Assembly (NCBI GenBank): GCA_965205085.1
Contig: OZ242039.1
Span: 4,118,156-4,182,155 of the forward strand
From: Bryobacterales bacterium
GTDB taxonomy: Bacteria; Acidobacteriota; Terriglobia; Bryobacterales; UBA6623
Reading direction: 5' to 3'
DNA: 64,000 nt
Below, one piece after another: positions 1 through 10,936 of the stretch. The notes below the pieces were generated by a model. That model was not told the origin of the DNA. It did not search any database and saw only the letters and a program-made list of their open reading frames with translations. A program made the translations under genes and the position numbers. Within the stretch, counting starts at the first letter, position 1. Every line of letters starts with the position of its first letter.

Positions 1-764
1 TCGAGTTGATCCTGCGCCACGGCATCGACCGGGTTGCGGTCCTGCCGTTCACGAGGGACCTGGCCCGGTGGTCACCCAGAGCCTTCTGCGAGCAGATCCT
101 GGTGGGGCGCCTGAAGGCTCGGAAGGTCGTCGTGGGGAGCGGTTTCCGATTCGGCCGGGAACAGTCCGGAACCACCGAGACGCTTAGGGATCTGGGATCG
201 CGGCTCGGGTTCGAGACCGCCGTGGCCCGGACCGTGCGAATCGAAGGAGAACCCGTGAGCAGCACCGTGGTGCGGGCCCTGGTGCGCCAGGGCAGGGTCG
301 AGCGCGCTCGCGAGTTGCTGGGGCGGGAGTTCGGCTTGCGTGGGCCGATCATCCGGGGGGAGGGTGTCGGTACCCGAATGACCGTGCCAACGCTCAACCT
401 GAGTCCGGACAGCGAGGTCCTGCCCGGAGACGGCGTGTACGTGACCCGGGCCCGGCTCGACGGCCGGAACGGGTTACGCGAGGCGGTGACCAACGTCGGA
501 TTGCGACCGACGTTCGATGGCCGGAATCGCACGGTCGAGACGTACATGCTGGGTGCCACCGACGAATCGACTCCCAGCGCGATAGAATTGGAGTTTCTCT
601 GGAAGATCAGGGATGAGCGCAGATTCCCCTCGGTCGACTTGCTGCGGGAGCAGATACTGGTAGATATCGAAGCCGCCCGGCGCTATTTCCGGCAGACGGC
701 CGGTTCGTCCGGGGAATCCCCAGTGGAGCCTGCGCGAAGAATGGGGCCGGTCGGCCCGCCTTAA
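1..764 (+). CDS. ribF: Bifunctional riboflavin kinase/FAD synthetase (5' truncated by window edge)
   Basis: Motifs VVGxxFRFG, VSSTxVR, GxGxG...VPTLNL, NVGxRPTF, ETY, IRDERRF. Confidence 0.93.
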   Translation, partial: ELILRHGIDRVAVLPFTRDLARWSPRAFCEQILVGRLKARKVVVGSGFRFGREQSGTTETLRDLGSRLGFETAVARTVRIEGEPVSSTVVRALVRQGRVERARELLGREFGLRGPIIRGEGVGTRMTVPTLNLSPDSEVLPGDGVYVTRARLDGRNGLREAVTNVGLRPTFDGRNRTVETYMLGATDESTPSAIELEFLWKIRDERRFPSVDLLREQILVDIEAARRYFRQTAGSSGESPVEPARRMGPVGPP

Positions 765-777
765 GGAAAGAAGACTC

Positions 778-1806
778 ATGACCACTCGAATCTCAGCCGC
801 CAAGTGCGCGCACATGCGGGCTCTGACCACAGAGAACGGCATTGTCGGTGCGGCGGCGATGGACCAGCGCGGTTCTCTCAAGAAAGCGATCGCCAAACAC
901 AAGAGCATCGCTCCGGGCGACGTGACCGACGACATGATGAGCGAATTCAAGCTCTCTGTTTCGAGGGTCCTCACGCCTTACGCCAGCGCCATCCTGCTGG
1001 ATCCCGTCTGGGGCATGCCGGGGGCGGAGGCACGCTCGCCCAACGCCGGATTGCTTCTGTCGTACGAGAAGAGCGGATACGACAATACCCAGCCCGGTCG
1101 CCTCGCCGACCTCATCGAGGTTCTCTCGGTCCGCCAGATCGCGGAGTTGGGAGCCAATGCGGTCAAGATTCTGCTGTACTACACGCCGTTCGAGAGCCCG
1201 GACGTCAATGCGGTCAAGCACGCCTTCATTGAGAGGATTGGAGACGAGTGCCGTGCGAACGACCTGCCGTTCTTTCTCGAGTTTGTGGGCTACGACGCCC
1301 GGGGTGGCGACGAGAAAGGGTTCGAATTCGCCAAGCGCAAGCCGGAAGTCGTCGCCGAGAGCATGCGGGAATTCTCCAAGGACCGCTACGGTGTGGACGT
1401 TTTGAAGGTCGAGGTTCCCGTGAACATGAAGTTTGCCGCAGGCTCCCGCGCCTGCGAGGGACGGACCGCCTACACCCGCCAGGAAGCTCTGGAACACTTC
1501 CGCTCCGCTGCCGAAGCGGCGGGCAGGCCGTTCATCTACCTCAGTGCCGGGGTTACGAACGAGGTATTCACCGAATCGCTGGATTGGGCGGCCGAGGCAG
1601 GTGTGCGGTACTCCGGAGTGCTCTGCGGCCGGGCCACGTGGCAAGAGGCCATACCGATCTACTGCCAGCGTGGCATAGCGGCCCTTGAGGAGTGGCTGGC
1701 CGATCAGGGCGTGACGAACATCGGAGCGATCAACAGGCGGCTTGAGCAAGCCACGCCATGGTACGCGTTCTACGGAGCGCAGACTGCCGAGGCGCTCGTC
1801 GGCTGA
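778..1806 (+). CDS. lacD: Tagatose-1,6-bisphosphate aldolase (class I)
   Basis: AMDQRGSL, SAILLDP, YEKSGYD, KILLYY, DVLKVEVPVN, PFIYLSAGV, GVLCGRATW; AAGGA RBS upstream. Confidence 0.92.
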   Translation: MTTRISAAKCAHMRALTTENGIVGAAAMDQRGSLKKAIAKHKSIAPGDVTDDMMSEFKLSVSRVLTPYASAILLDPVWGMPGAEARSPNAGLLLSYEKSGYDNTQPGRLADLIEVLSVRQIAELGANAVKILLYYTPFESPDVNAVKHAFIERIGDECRANDLPFFLEFVGYDARGGDEKGFEFAKRKPEVVAESMREFSKDRYGVDVLKVEVPVNMKFAAGSRACEGRTAYTRQEALEHFRSAAEAAGRPFIYLSAGVTNEVFTESLDWAAEAGVRYSGVLCGRATWQEAIPIYCQRGIAALEEWLADQGVTNIGAINRRLEQATPWYAFYGAQTAEALVG

Positions 1807-1826
1807 GCCGGCCGGGGGGGTGCGTC

Positions 1827-2909
1827 TCAGGTTCTTCGATCGCGCCCCAGGTCCCGCAAGACGCGTTCCGAGTCGGGGGCGAGCGAGCCATCGGGGCGGA
1901 GTTCGGTCCGCACCAGAAGGTTGGCGTCGCGGTCCGACGCAGAGCGCAGCGCCGAGGCGAGGCGAGCCGACGCCTGGGAGGCGTTCCCCCGCGAACCCGG
2001 ATGGGGGATCGCCACGTCACAGGCTATCTCGGCCCGCTTGCCACTGTCCTGCAGGGGGGCTGTCGCGCTGTCGAGGCTGACGAAGTCCTCGTCACCGGTA
2101 ACGCCCGAGCCGAAACTGATCAGGATGCCCGGCCGGGCTTGTCGCAGGAAGGAATAGGCCTGGGCGACCGGAAACAGGTCCGGTCTGGCCTGGTAGCCAG
2201 CTTGCGGTTCGAGGCGGATGCCTGCCAACTGTCCATAGCGGTAGGCGATTTCCTGCAATTGGTTGTTCGCGTAGCGCACATAGTGGAGGAAGTCCTCGTC
2301 CTTCTCGAATTTGTACCGAGGCTGTGGTGCTTCGTACGGCGGACGGGAACGCTTCCACTCGCTTCCAGATGCCTCGGGCGGGAAGAAGTACGGATGCCGC
2401 CAATCCTCTGCGTAGGAGTACGAGAGAACCAGACCCAGCTGCCTGGCCTCGCAGGCGGCCGCCAACTCGCCGACCAGGTCGCGGCCGCAACTCTCGAGGG
2501 AATTGAAGTCGGTTTCCACGGTCCGGAAGAGACAGAATCCGTCGGCATGTCGGGCGGACAGCCCCACGTATCGGAATCCGCCTTCCACGGCCACTGCCGT
2601 GATGTGATCGGCATCGAAGCCCTCCGGGTTGAAGGTGGAGCCGAGTTCCCTGTACTGTTGCGGCGGTATGCGGTCGTCGAACTGGATGGATGGCCCTTGC
2701 TGCAACTGCGAGTAGACACCGTACTGCAGGAACAGCCCGCGTCCGGCTCGCCGGAACCACGCCAGGACCGTGTCCCTGGGGTTGGTTTCGTACGGACCTT
2801 CCCGGCCCCAGAGAAACGACGGCGGGGCGGGCTTCGGCTCGGGGCCTATGACGGGAGGCGAGCAACTGCCCAGACCCGTTGCAGCCGCAAGGAAAACGCG
2901 ACGGCGCAT
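1827..2909 (-). CDS. Alpha-L-fucosidase-like (GH29) lipoprotein with degenerate catalytic motifs
   Basis: Twin-arginine/lipobox-like N-terminus (MRRRVFL...LGSC); FNPxxFDA, HADGFCLF, RDLVGELAAAC, DWRHP; start chosen from TACAAT 7 nt upstream. Confidence 0.75.
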   Translation of the reverse strand: MRRRVFLAAATGLGSCSPPVIGPEPKPAPPSFLWGREGPYETNPRDTVLAWFRRAGRGLFLQYGVYSQLQQGPSIQFDDRIPPQQYRELGSTFNPEGFDADHITAVAVEGGFRYVGLSARHADGFCLFRTVETDFNSLESCGRDLVGELAAACEARQLGLVLSYSYAEDWRHPYFFPPEASGSEWKRSRPPYEAPQPRYKFEKDEDFLHYVRYANNQLQEIAYRYGQLAGIRLEPQAGYQARPDLFPVAQAYSFLRQARPGILISFGSGVTGDEDFVSLDSATAPLQDSGKRAEIACDVAIPHPGSRGNASQASARLASALRSASDRDANLLVRTELRPDGSLAPDSERVLRDLGRDRRT

Positions 2910-2970
2910 ACGTTGGATTGTAGCCGTACGGCCCTTCCCGGACAGTGGGCCCGGCTTGTAAACTGGCCCG

Positions 2971-3191
2971 GTGAGCCGCGTTTCGCCGACCCTCGCCTTC
3001 CTGATGCTGCCTGGTGCCTGCTCCCCTCCTGCAGGGCCGACCTCCGAAACTGCAGACGTCCGGGCAGTGCCCCCTCTTGTGGCCGGGACTGGCGACTGGG
3101 GCTTCCAGGACATCCTGATGCGGAGGAGCCGGGACCTTGGAAGGACCTGGGACAGCCCACGCAAGATCGTTCACCTGCAGGAACCCCAGGC
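2971..3191 (+). pseudogene. Sialidase (GH33) N-terminal fragment, cut by an IS66 end
   Basis: Signal/lipobox-like start, then GDWGxxDILMRRSRDLGRTW (Asp-box); the frame runs into the IS66 TIR at 3192. Confidence 0.65.
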
Positions 3192-3460
3192 GTAACTGCC
3201 CAGGTACTTTGGGTACGGAACAACGACCAGCTGGCGGAGCGGCACTTAGTTCTTGGGCGGACACGCCGTAGCATGAAGTACATTCTGGACGTGAAGGGCG
3301 TGGCGAGCCAGCTGCAGTCTTCACGACGCGCCGGAGCCGAGACCGGGCCATGCAGGGGCGACGCACCAAGAGCAAGTCCTGCCTGCTCAATTGCAGGTGG
3401 AGAACACTCACGCGCTGGGGCGGGTGGCCCGCCAGCTACCGCAAGCTGGGCAGCGGGAGA
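3192..3460 (+). mobile_element. IS66 5'-end remnant
   Basis: Starts GTAACTGCCCAGGTACTTTGGG, identical to the upstream end of IS66 45621-47605; retains the MQGxRTKSKS start; right boundary approximate. Confidence 0.8.
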
Positions 3461-3469
3461 ATGGCACCC

Positions 3470-3640
3470 GAGCGGGCGATGTCGTCCATGGCCGCGGCTC
3501 CTACTCCTTCGCCTCGCTGCACGCCGACTTCCGCCAGTCCTGCTTCGAGTCCGACCGCAGCGAGACCGTCGTCCCCGTCGCACCGCCACGGCAGGAACTG
3601 GACGCCCACTGCATGCTGACGGCGTTGGCCCGATTGGGAG
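3470..3640 (+). pseudogene. Degraded IS4-type transposase fragment
   Basis: GDVVHGRGSYSFASLHA matches GDVVV*DRGYYCFALLQAH at about 12428-12485; boundaries approximate. Confidence 0.5.
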
Positions 3641-3902
3641 CGAACCCCAGCGCGGCGGTGTTCCGCCAGGCTCCAGATGGGCACGGCCGACCCGCTGTAT
3701 GGACCCGTTTCCGGCTTGCACTGCACAGCGTCGGACACGAGCAGGAAAGCCCGTTCATGCAGCAGCCACAGACGCTGCGGAAGGGATTGCCATGTCTCTA
3801 GGATGGCATCGCGAAGAACCGCCCGTGGTGCCGACCGCAACGCTCCTATCCGCGCCAGTCCCGCCCGCCCGAAACCAAGCTAAGCAACCACAAGGCGACA
3901 CC

Positions 3903-5048
3903 CTAGTGTGCCTCGCCAGAAAATCCTTCACAGTAAACCTTCAGTGATTTCAGGATATCGTCAGCGCTCTTGGTCCAGAGAAAGGGTTGGGGGTCTTCGT
4001 TGTAGACCTGCAAGTATTCCCTGATGGCCGCTTCCAGCGCCTGTGTGCTGCGAAACGTTCCGCGCCGAATCCGCCGCCGTGTGATCTCCGCAAACCAACG
4101 CTCCACCTGATTCAACCACGAGGCACTGGTCGGTGTGAAGTGCAGATGGTAGCGCGGCCGCCGTCGCAGCCAGTTCTGGATCTGCGCTGTCTTGTGGGTC
4201 CCGTAGTTGTCGAGAACCCGATGCACATCGGGGCTCTCTGGTACCGCCTTGTCGATCCGCGCCAGGCCCTTCTTGAACTCGACGGCGCGGTGGCGCCGAT
4301 AGCCCTTGCCGGTCACCTCACCGGTCGCGATACTCAGGGCCGCAAACAGGGAGGTCGTCCCATTGCGTTGGTAGTCGTGGGTCTGCCGCTCGGGGACTCC
4401 CGGTTGCATCGGCAACACCGGCTGGGTGCGGTCCAGCGCCTGAATCTGTGATTTCTCATCCACAGGGCGGATGGAGGTACAAACCGACGATATCCCGCAC
4501 TTTCTGCACAAACTACGGGTCCTGCGACAGATTGCATGTCTCGCTCCGATCTGGCTGGAGACCGAACGCACGCCCGATGCGGCCGATGGTGAAGGGACTC
4601 GGTCCGGAGGCTTGGGCCATCAGCTGACGGCTCCACTGGGTCGCCCGTCGGGGACCGTGTCTGCAAGGTCCGTACCACGACCTGCTCCCCATCGGCATCC
4701 GTCACCGTCCTCGGCACACCGGAGCGGGGTTTGTCCAGCCAGCCGTCGCAGCCGTGCTCCAGGAACCGTCGCCGCCATTTCCCGACCGTGATGCGGGTGG
4801 TATGCAAGCTGTCTGCGACTCGCTGATCACTGAGGCATTGGGCTGACTGAACGATGATACGCGCCCGCAAGGCCAGCGCCTGCGAGGTCTTCTGCCGTCG
4901 CAGCCAGCGATTCAGTTCCTGGCGTTGCGGGTCCGAAATTTGGGGGGATACTCGCATAGGTTGATTTGCCATCCCTGCCTCCCGAGTCTGCAACGATGGT
5001 AACAGAACCCCGATTCGCTGGCAACATATTTCTAACGGTGGACACTAG
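3903..5048 (-). mobile_element. IS630-family element, frameshifted copy 1
   Basis: CTAGTGT...ACACTAG ends (TA/CTAG target); transposase split over ORFs 4334-4993 and 3903-4571; VDEKSQIQALDR, LDNY, SWLNQVERWF. Confidence 0.92.
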
Positions 5049-5218
5049 CATCCTGACAGCGCCGCCGCTCAACCCGGGATTTCCTTAAGGGCTTATCCCT
5101 TTGACGATCCTATAGTTGTCCGTGATCGGGCAATCAAGGCAGCTTGGCTCAGCCGCGCCCTGCCTATGCCCCACAGAAAGCAGTTAACTTTTTAGTGTCG
5201 TTGTGGCATGTCTAGGAC

Positions 5219-5477
5219 ATGCTCGATCAACATTGCATTCTGGAGACCCTCTCGCAGCCCGCCTCGCTAGCGACTCTGCAGGCCCTGCGGGCGCAGGCTG
5301 GCGAGGTCAACCGGACCGCCTTGGTGCGTCAGGTGTGCCAAGCCTTCGACTTGCGCGACAGTCGCGGCCAGTGGCAACTGGCGACTTGCAAGCAAGCCTT
5401 CCGCGGTCTGGAGGACCAAAGCCATCTCCGTTTGCCAGCGGCCCGTCCCTGTGGCCGCCGCGGACCGGGCCGCCCCC
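5219..5477 (+). pseudogene. DUF4338-IS50-like transposase, N-terminal piece
   Basis: NRTALVRQVCQAFDLRDSRGQWQLATC; the frame continues at about 7608 once the ISAs1 and one TSD copy are removed (RRGPGRPRGLDQ). Confidence 0.8.
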
Positions 5478-7598
5478 CAGGCCTTTCCCACGCTGGGGAC
5501 TGAGCAGTTGAGGGGGAGGCGAATGGGTCTGCAGAGCGAGTTGGGGGGCGGGTAGAGCCGCCCGACGAAGCGCTGCGAACCCGCGCAAAGCCAGTCGTGG
5601 CAGGTTGCCGAGGCCCTCGGGGTCGGGGTGGCGGACCCTGGACGGAGTTTTCCCCAGGTCGGTCCGCGGCCGCCTGCCGGTGTCGCTCCATCAGAGGGCC
5701 GCAGCGCCTAGCCGGCCGTGAGGACAGCCTGAAAGGCTTCCTCGCGATGCAGGCTGAAGTGGCGCTGGCCGTCCGCGATATCCTGCCCGGAACTCAGGAT
5801 CACCGCGATCGCGATGCCGTTGCACAGCGCGTTGTTGAGTGCGGCATGGCCCTTGCGCGACAGACAGGCATCCTCGGCGAACTGCACGTCGCGGACGCGA
5901 TGGTTCTGATTCTCCACGGCCCAGTGCCCCCGATTCCAGCCCAGCCACTGCTCGGGCGTGCCGCGGTCGGGCGGCACGGAGGGGATGCCGTAGACCGTTT
6001 CGCGGCTGACACGCCCCGAGGCGAGGTGTTTCCGCTCGCGCTCGACGCGGAAGAGTTGGCGCAGATGCGGGTAGTTCACGCTGCGGGCAGGGGGGCTCAG
6101 GACGCGGATGCTACGCTGCTCGAGGCGTCCGTGCCCCTGGCTGGGCTCCTCCGCATAGCGGCGGGTGCCGGGTTGCTCCCAGTCGATTGGGCGGAGGGCT
6201 TCGAACGTCTTCTTCGCATTGGCCTTGACCGTCAGCAAGTAGTCCGCGCGGTGCGTGTCGACCAGCGTCCGGGCGGTATCCCGGACGGTGTGCAGGGCAT
6301 CGAGGGTGACCACGCGCCCGGTCAAGGGCACCTCCTCGAACAGGGCCCGCACGGCGGCGATCTCGCCGTTCTGGTCGTGCAAGCCGAGGCTGGCCAGGGG
6401 CAGGCCCGAGCCGTGGGCCACCAAGCTGACGGTCTCGTGGTGTTGCGGGCCATTGCGGTTGGCCGCGCGGACGCGCTTGCCGTCCGCCGCCAGCGCCGCA
6501 CCGAGTTGCAGGCGGGGCATGGAGTAGCGGCGCAAGACGGCCTCGAGGGCCTCCGGATCGACGTTCTCCAGGACGCGGTAGATCACCGACCTGGAGACCG
6601 GCTCGTAGCGGCCCGTGCGCGGGTTGCGCCAGGCACCCAGCGCCTCCAACTCCTTTTGACTCAACGATTGGGCATAAGCGGCAGCGGCCTTGCCACCGTG
6701 CAGACCGGCCAGCCTGGCGAGCAGGTAGATGGCCAGTACGGTGGCCGTCTGGTGCTTGCGACCCTGGGCGCGCCGGAAATCGGGCACCTCGCTCAACTCC
6801 GCGTACAGCGAGCGCAACTCGACCGGACGCAGCCCGCAGGTGCCGCCCTGCGGGTTGGCCGCGAAAGCCGCCGGCAGTTCCCGCTCGGACCGCAGCAGCC
6901 GCCGCGCATTGCGCTGCAACACCCGGACGTACAGATCCTTGGACCGGCCATGGGGCTGGGTGTAGCGGCCGCTGGCCCGCGCGAAGCCGCGGGTGCCGCC
7001 CAGCCGCCGCCAGCCGGCCGCCCGGTACAGGCTGCCCCGGAAGCGGGCCGGATCGACGAACGTCTCGGCCAGCAGCAAGCCATGGCCGTAGCGCGCCGTC
7101 CAGTCCGCGCTCAGCCGTTGCGTCCTGCCCGCCAGCGCATGCGAACTCAACCCCGGGAACGTGCCCGCCTTCCCCAGCAGCAGGAACCGCGTGTTGTTGG
7201 CCACCACGTGCAGCCGTTGGAATTGGATCGGGGCCTTCCAGCCCACCCAGCGGTCCCGCGGGCGGCACTTGAAAGCGCCCGACTGCCAGCCGGCCAGCCC
7301 GATCCACTGGCCGCGCCACTCGAAGATATACCGCAGCCCGCGACCGGCGAAGCGATTGAAGCCTAGGTAATGATGGCGGTCGACCAGCTCGTCCCAGCGC
7401 GTCCGTTCCTCGGGCCGCGCCAGGCGGATGACCACGTCGTCCAGTTGGAATCCGGGCGGGGTCGTCTCGAACAGGGGAACGGGCTGCGAAGCCATGTCTC
7501 ATACCTACCAGAATCGGCCCGAAAAAACCAGTGCTCCCCGCAAATCGAATCAGCCGAATCGACAAGAAACCAGCGGATCTCAGCGTGGGAACGTCCTG
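5478..7598 (-). mobile_element. ISAs1-family element 1
   Basis: TIRs CAGG..TTCCCACGCTG; 9-bp TSD GCCGCCCCC at 5469-5477 and 7599-7607. Confidence 0.9.
5708..7495 (-). CDS. DUF4338 (DruA/Mom-like)-ISAs1 transposase fusion, 595 aa, open frame
   Basis: N-terminal HHYLG, RDRWVGW, NNTRFLL, LAETFVDP, GSLYRAAGWxxxGxT; C-terminal VPDxRRxQGRKH, DGK, DALHT, DYLLTVKAN, HGRLEQR, HWAVENxxHRVRDVxFxED. Confidence 0.9.
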   Translation of the reverse strand: MASQPVPLFETTPPGFQLDDVVIRLARPEERTRWDELVDRHHYLGFNRFAGRGLRYIFEWRGQWIGLAGWQSGAFKCRPRDRWVGWKAPIQFQRLHVVANNTRFLLLGKAGTFPGLSSHALAGRTQRLSADWTARYGHGLLLAETFVDPARFRGSLYRAAGWRRLGGTRGFARASGRYTQPHGRSKDLYVRVLQRNARRLLRSERELPAAFAANPQGGTCGLRPVELRSLYAELSEVPDFRRAQGRKHQTATVLAIYLLARLAGLHGGKAAAAYAQSLSQKELEALGAWRNPRTGRYEPVSRSVIYRVLENVDPEALEAVLRRYSMPRLQLGAALAADGKRVRAANRNGPQHHETVSLVAHGSGLPLASLGLHDQNGEIAAVRALFEEVPLTGRVVTLDALHTVRDTARTLVDTHRADYLLTVKANAKKTFEALRPIDWEQPGTRRYAEEPSQGHGRLEQRSIRVLSPPARSVNYPHLRQLFRVERERKHLASGRVSRETVYGIPSVPPDRGTPEQWLGWNRGHWAVENQNHRVRDVQFAEDACLSRKGHAALNNALCNGIAIAVILSSGQDIADGQRHFSLHREEAFQAVLTAG

Positions 7599-8850
7599 GC
7601 CGCCCCCGGGGCCTGGACCAACCGGTCCCCGCCGCGCAGGCCGTGCCGGCCCGCGTCGCGGACGTGGTGGATTTGCAACTGAGTCTGGTCACGACGGCCG
7701 AGCAGCGCCAGGTCTGGAACGAACTCATGGCCCGCGAGCACCCCTATGGGGCCGTCCTCCATGTCGGGGCCCAAGTACGCTATCTGGTTGAATCTGAACA
7801 CGGTGTGCTCGGTGCGCTCGGCTTGGCCGCAGCGGCCCTCGCGGTCGCCGCGCGCGACGAATGGATCGGCTGGTCGGCGGCCATGCGCCGCAAGCGGCTG
7901 CATGGTGTGCTGAACCTGAGCCGGTTCCTGATCCGGCCTGGCGTACGCTGTGACGGCCTCGCCTCAAAGGTGCTCGGGCTGGTCTTGCGCCGCCTGCCGG
8001 CGGATTTCCAGCAGCGCTATCGCTACCGGCCCGTGCTGCTGGAAACCTATTGTGACCCCCAGCAGCATGCCGGCACCTGCTTCCGTGCCGCCAACTGGAC
8101 CTAGGTCGGCCAGACCACCGGACGCGGCCGTTTCGCCGCCCCCGACCAACGCGTGCCGGTCAAGGCCATCTTCGTCTACCCGCTGCAGCGCGCTTGGGGG
8201 ATGTCCGCTGGTCCCAGCGGCTGGTGCAGACCGCCTAGATGCAAGCCGCTGCTCCGAGGGCCTCGATCCCCACCGCCGCCCAAGGCCAGCGCGCCGCCAT
8301 CAAGGGCCATTACCGGCTCATCGACCAGCCGGACGACTCGGCGGTGACCCCCGACAACATGATCGAGCCCCACCGCCAGCGCACCCTGCGGCGGATGCAG
8401 GCCGAGCGGGTGGTGCTGTGCGTACAGGACGGCACCGATCTCCATTTCGCCACGCATCCCGGCTGTACCGGGCTGGGCCTGATCGGCAAGAACCGCGGGT
8501 CGGAGGGCACGCTCGGGCTCCACCTGCATACGACCATGGCGCTGAACCCCCAAGGCCTCCCGCTGGGCCTGCTCAAGATTCAGTATGCGACGCCCGACGG
8601 GCAGGCTGAGCCCGGACGACTGCTCGAGGAACGCAAGACCTTCCAGTGGATCCAGGGCTTGCGCGACTGCGCCGCTGTCGTGCGCCAACTGCCGGATACA
8701 CAATTGGTTGCGGTCATGGATCGCGAGGCGGATGTGCAGGCCCTGTTGGCCGAGCAACGCCAGCTGCGACGGGTCGAGTTGCTGGTGCGGGCGCGGCACA
8801 ACCGCAGCCTGGGACCCGACCAGCCCAAGCTGTTCGACCACCTCCGGGCC
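7599..8850 (+). pseudogene. DUF4338 domain plus Tn5-like transposase core (middle piece)
   Basis: WNELMAREHP, RDEWIGW, SRFLIRP, LLETYCDP, GTCFRAANW; TAG at 8102; after a frameshift/deletion KGHYRLIDQP, VLCVQDGTDL, VAVMDREAD. Confidence 0.85.
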
Positions 8851-10828
8851 CAGGGATTTTCAAAGTTTGGTTTGGCTAGGCGTGGGGGTAAGGGGCAGCG
8901 GGGAGGGGTGGACAAAGAGGTGCTGGATGTGCGATAACACCCAGAGTGGCCTTGGATCCGATTCCCTTGCGGGCGGTGCGCGTGCGCACCGTCCGGCGCG
9001 AGGAAGAAGCGAGCTGGAATGCCTTGATGCGGGCCCAGCACGATCTCGGATTCCGCCAATTGTGCGGGCAGCGCTTGCGCCAAGTCGCCGTGCTCAGCGA
9101 GCAGTGGCTGGCCCTGCTGGGCTGGCAGTCGGCGGCTTGGCACTGTGCCGCGCGCGAGCGCTGGATTGACTGGACTCAGCGGCAACGCCAGCCTGCGGCA
9201 CCGCTCTTGCTGGCTGAGACTTTCGTCGATCCGCTGCGGTTTGCCGGCACCTGCTATCGTGCCGCGAACTGGTTGGAAATCGGTCAGACCCAAGGCTACC
9301 GACGGGTTCAGGGCGCACCCCGCGGCTATCAGGCCCATGGCCTGCCCAAGCGGGTCTTCGTTTATCCCCTGCACCGTCAGGCGCGGACGCAACTGGCTGC
9401 CAGCCAGCCCCAGCCGAGCTGGCAGGCGCGCTGCCCCCGGATTCTGTTGACTCCAGTCCAATGGCATGACTTGTACGCCTATCTCGATCAAGTCCCGGAC
9501 ACCCGCCACCGCCAGGGACGGCGGTACTCGATGCGCACCGTGCTGACAATCCTGATTGCGGCGCGGCTGGCAGGCTGTCAGAGTCTCACCGAATGGAGCG
9601 ATTTCGGGCGGGCGCTGGACCCGTCCACACTGCAGGCCATCCGGTCGTACCGCTGTGCCAGGACTGGACGCTATAAGGCCCCCGGTATCAGTGGCTGGCA
9701 CTCCATCCTGCGGACGATTCCGGTCGGGCAGGTCGAGCGCTTGCTGGCCGCCTGGACCGCAGCGCAAGTTCTGCCCCCGCCGGCTGCGAAGGCGGCAGGC
9801 AAGGGCGCTGCGGAGCCCTCGCTGGCGGCCGTGGCGATCGACGGCCAAGTGCTGCGCGGGTCGTAGGACCGGGACTTGGACGCGGCTGGCCAGCCGCAGG
9901 CCAAGCCACCCCAGCAGCCACTCTCGGCACTCGACATCGACTCCGGCACGGTCGTTGCGCAACTCGGTTTCAGCGGCCAGAAAGAAGATGCCGAGGCGGC
10001 CGCCCTGCGGCGTTTGACGCGCAAGCAACTCCACGGGCGCAAACTGTGCGTGCTGGCCGATGCGCTGCACACCCAGCGTGAGACGGCTGCGCAACTGCTG
10101 GCCGATGGCTTCGACTTCATTTTGACCGTCAAGGGCAATCAGCCGACGCTGCTGGAGCAGATCCGGGACGGTATCGACTGGGCTGGCCAGACCCCCCACA
10201 GCGAGTCCGGTCTCGACCACGGACGCATCGAGCAGCGCACCTTGCGCGTCTCGCAGGAACTCGATCCGGAGCGGTCCTGCCTCGAGTTTCCCGGGGTTCG
10301 CTGCGTGGCCCAGGTGCGCCGTGAGGTCGAGTTCAAGAAGGACGGTCGGCAACGCCAGCCGGAGACGATCTACTTGATCACCAGTCTGCGCCCGGACCAG
10401 ATCACGCCGCAACGGCTGCTGCAACTGAACCGTCACTACTGGGGCATCGAGAACCGCGTGCACTCCGTCCGCGACGTAGCCCTGCGGGAGGATCGCAGCC
10501 GCATTCGCAAGGGCGCTCTGCCGCGCTTGCTGGCCGCGATCTCGAACTTCGCCATCTCGCTGCTGCGCTTGCTGAAAGTGCAGAACATCCAGCGCCGCAT
10601 GAGCCAGTTGCGCTTCCAGCCGAACGCGGCGGTGCGCCTGCTGCTCGGCTAAGTCGCAGTTCCACCCAACCCGCAGCGCGGGTTGACCGGCCCGCGCTCC
10701 GGCGTGCTCAGTCGCCCTGTGTCCGCACCGCGCTGCCCGCGTCCGGGCGGCGCACCCATCCGTGGTGGCCAGCCCCGCGCACCCCAATGGCATTGATTTT
10801 CCACGTGAATTCTCACTTGAGCACCCTG
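8851..10828 (+). mobile_element. ISAs1-family element 2
   Basis: Ends CAGGG (8851) and CCCTG (10828); no matching TSD, so an adjacent rearrangement is likely. Confidence 0.78.
8946..10652 (+). pseudogene. DUF4338-ISAs1 transposase fusion with internal TAG (9864) and a deletion in DUF4338
   Basis: WNALM, LAETFVDP, GTCYRAANW; VPDTRHRQGRRY, AIDG, DALHTQ, TVKGNQP, DHGRIEQR, WGIENRVHSVRD. Confidence 0.88.
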
Positions 10829-10936
10829 GGAGACTAAGACACTCATCACCACAAGATTGAGGCTCAGTGAATTTTTTTTGGCGACAGGACTTGACTTCGG
10901 TGCCTGGCCATGGCACCGTGAAGCAGGAGCAGTCCC

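Noticed and set aside
1758-10916. Long ORFs 1758-3947(+), 5597-7366(+), 8580-10916(-) and similar antisense ORFs elsewhere
   Set aside because: Shadow frames opposite motif-bearing genes in GC-rich DNA; they cross element boundaries and have no recognisable motifs.
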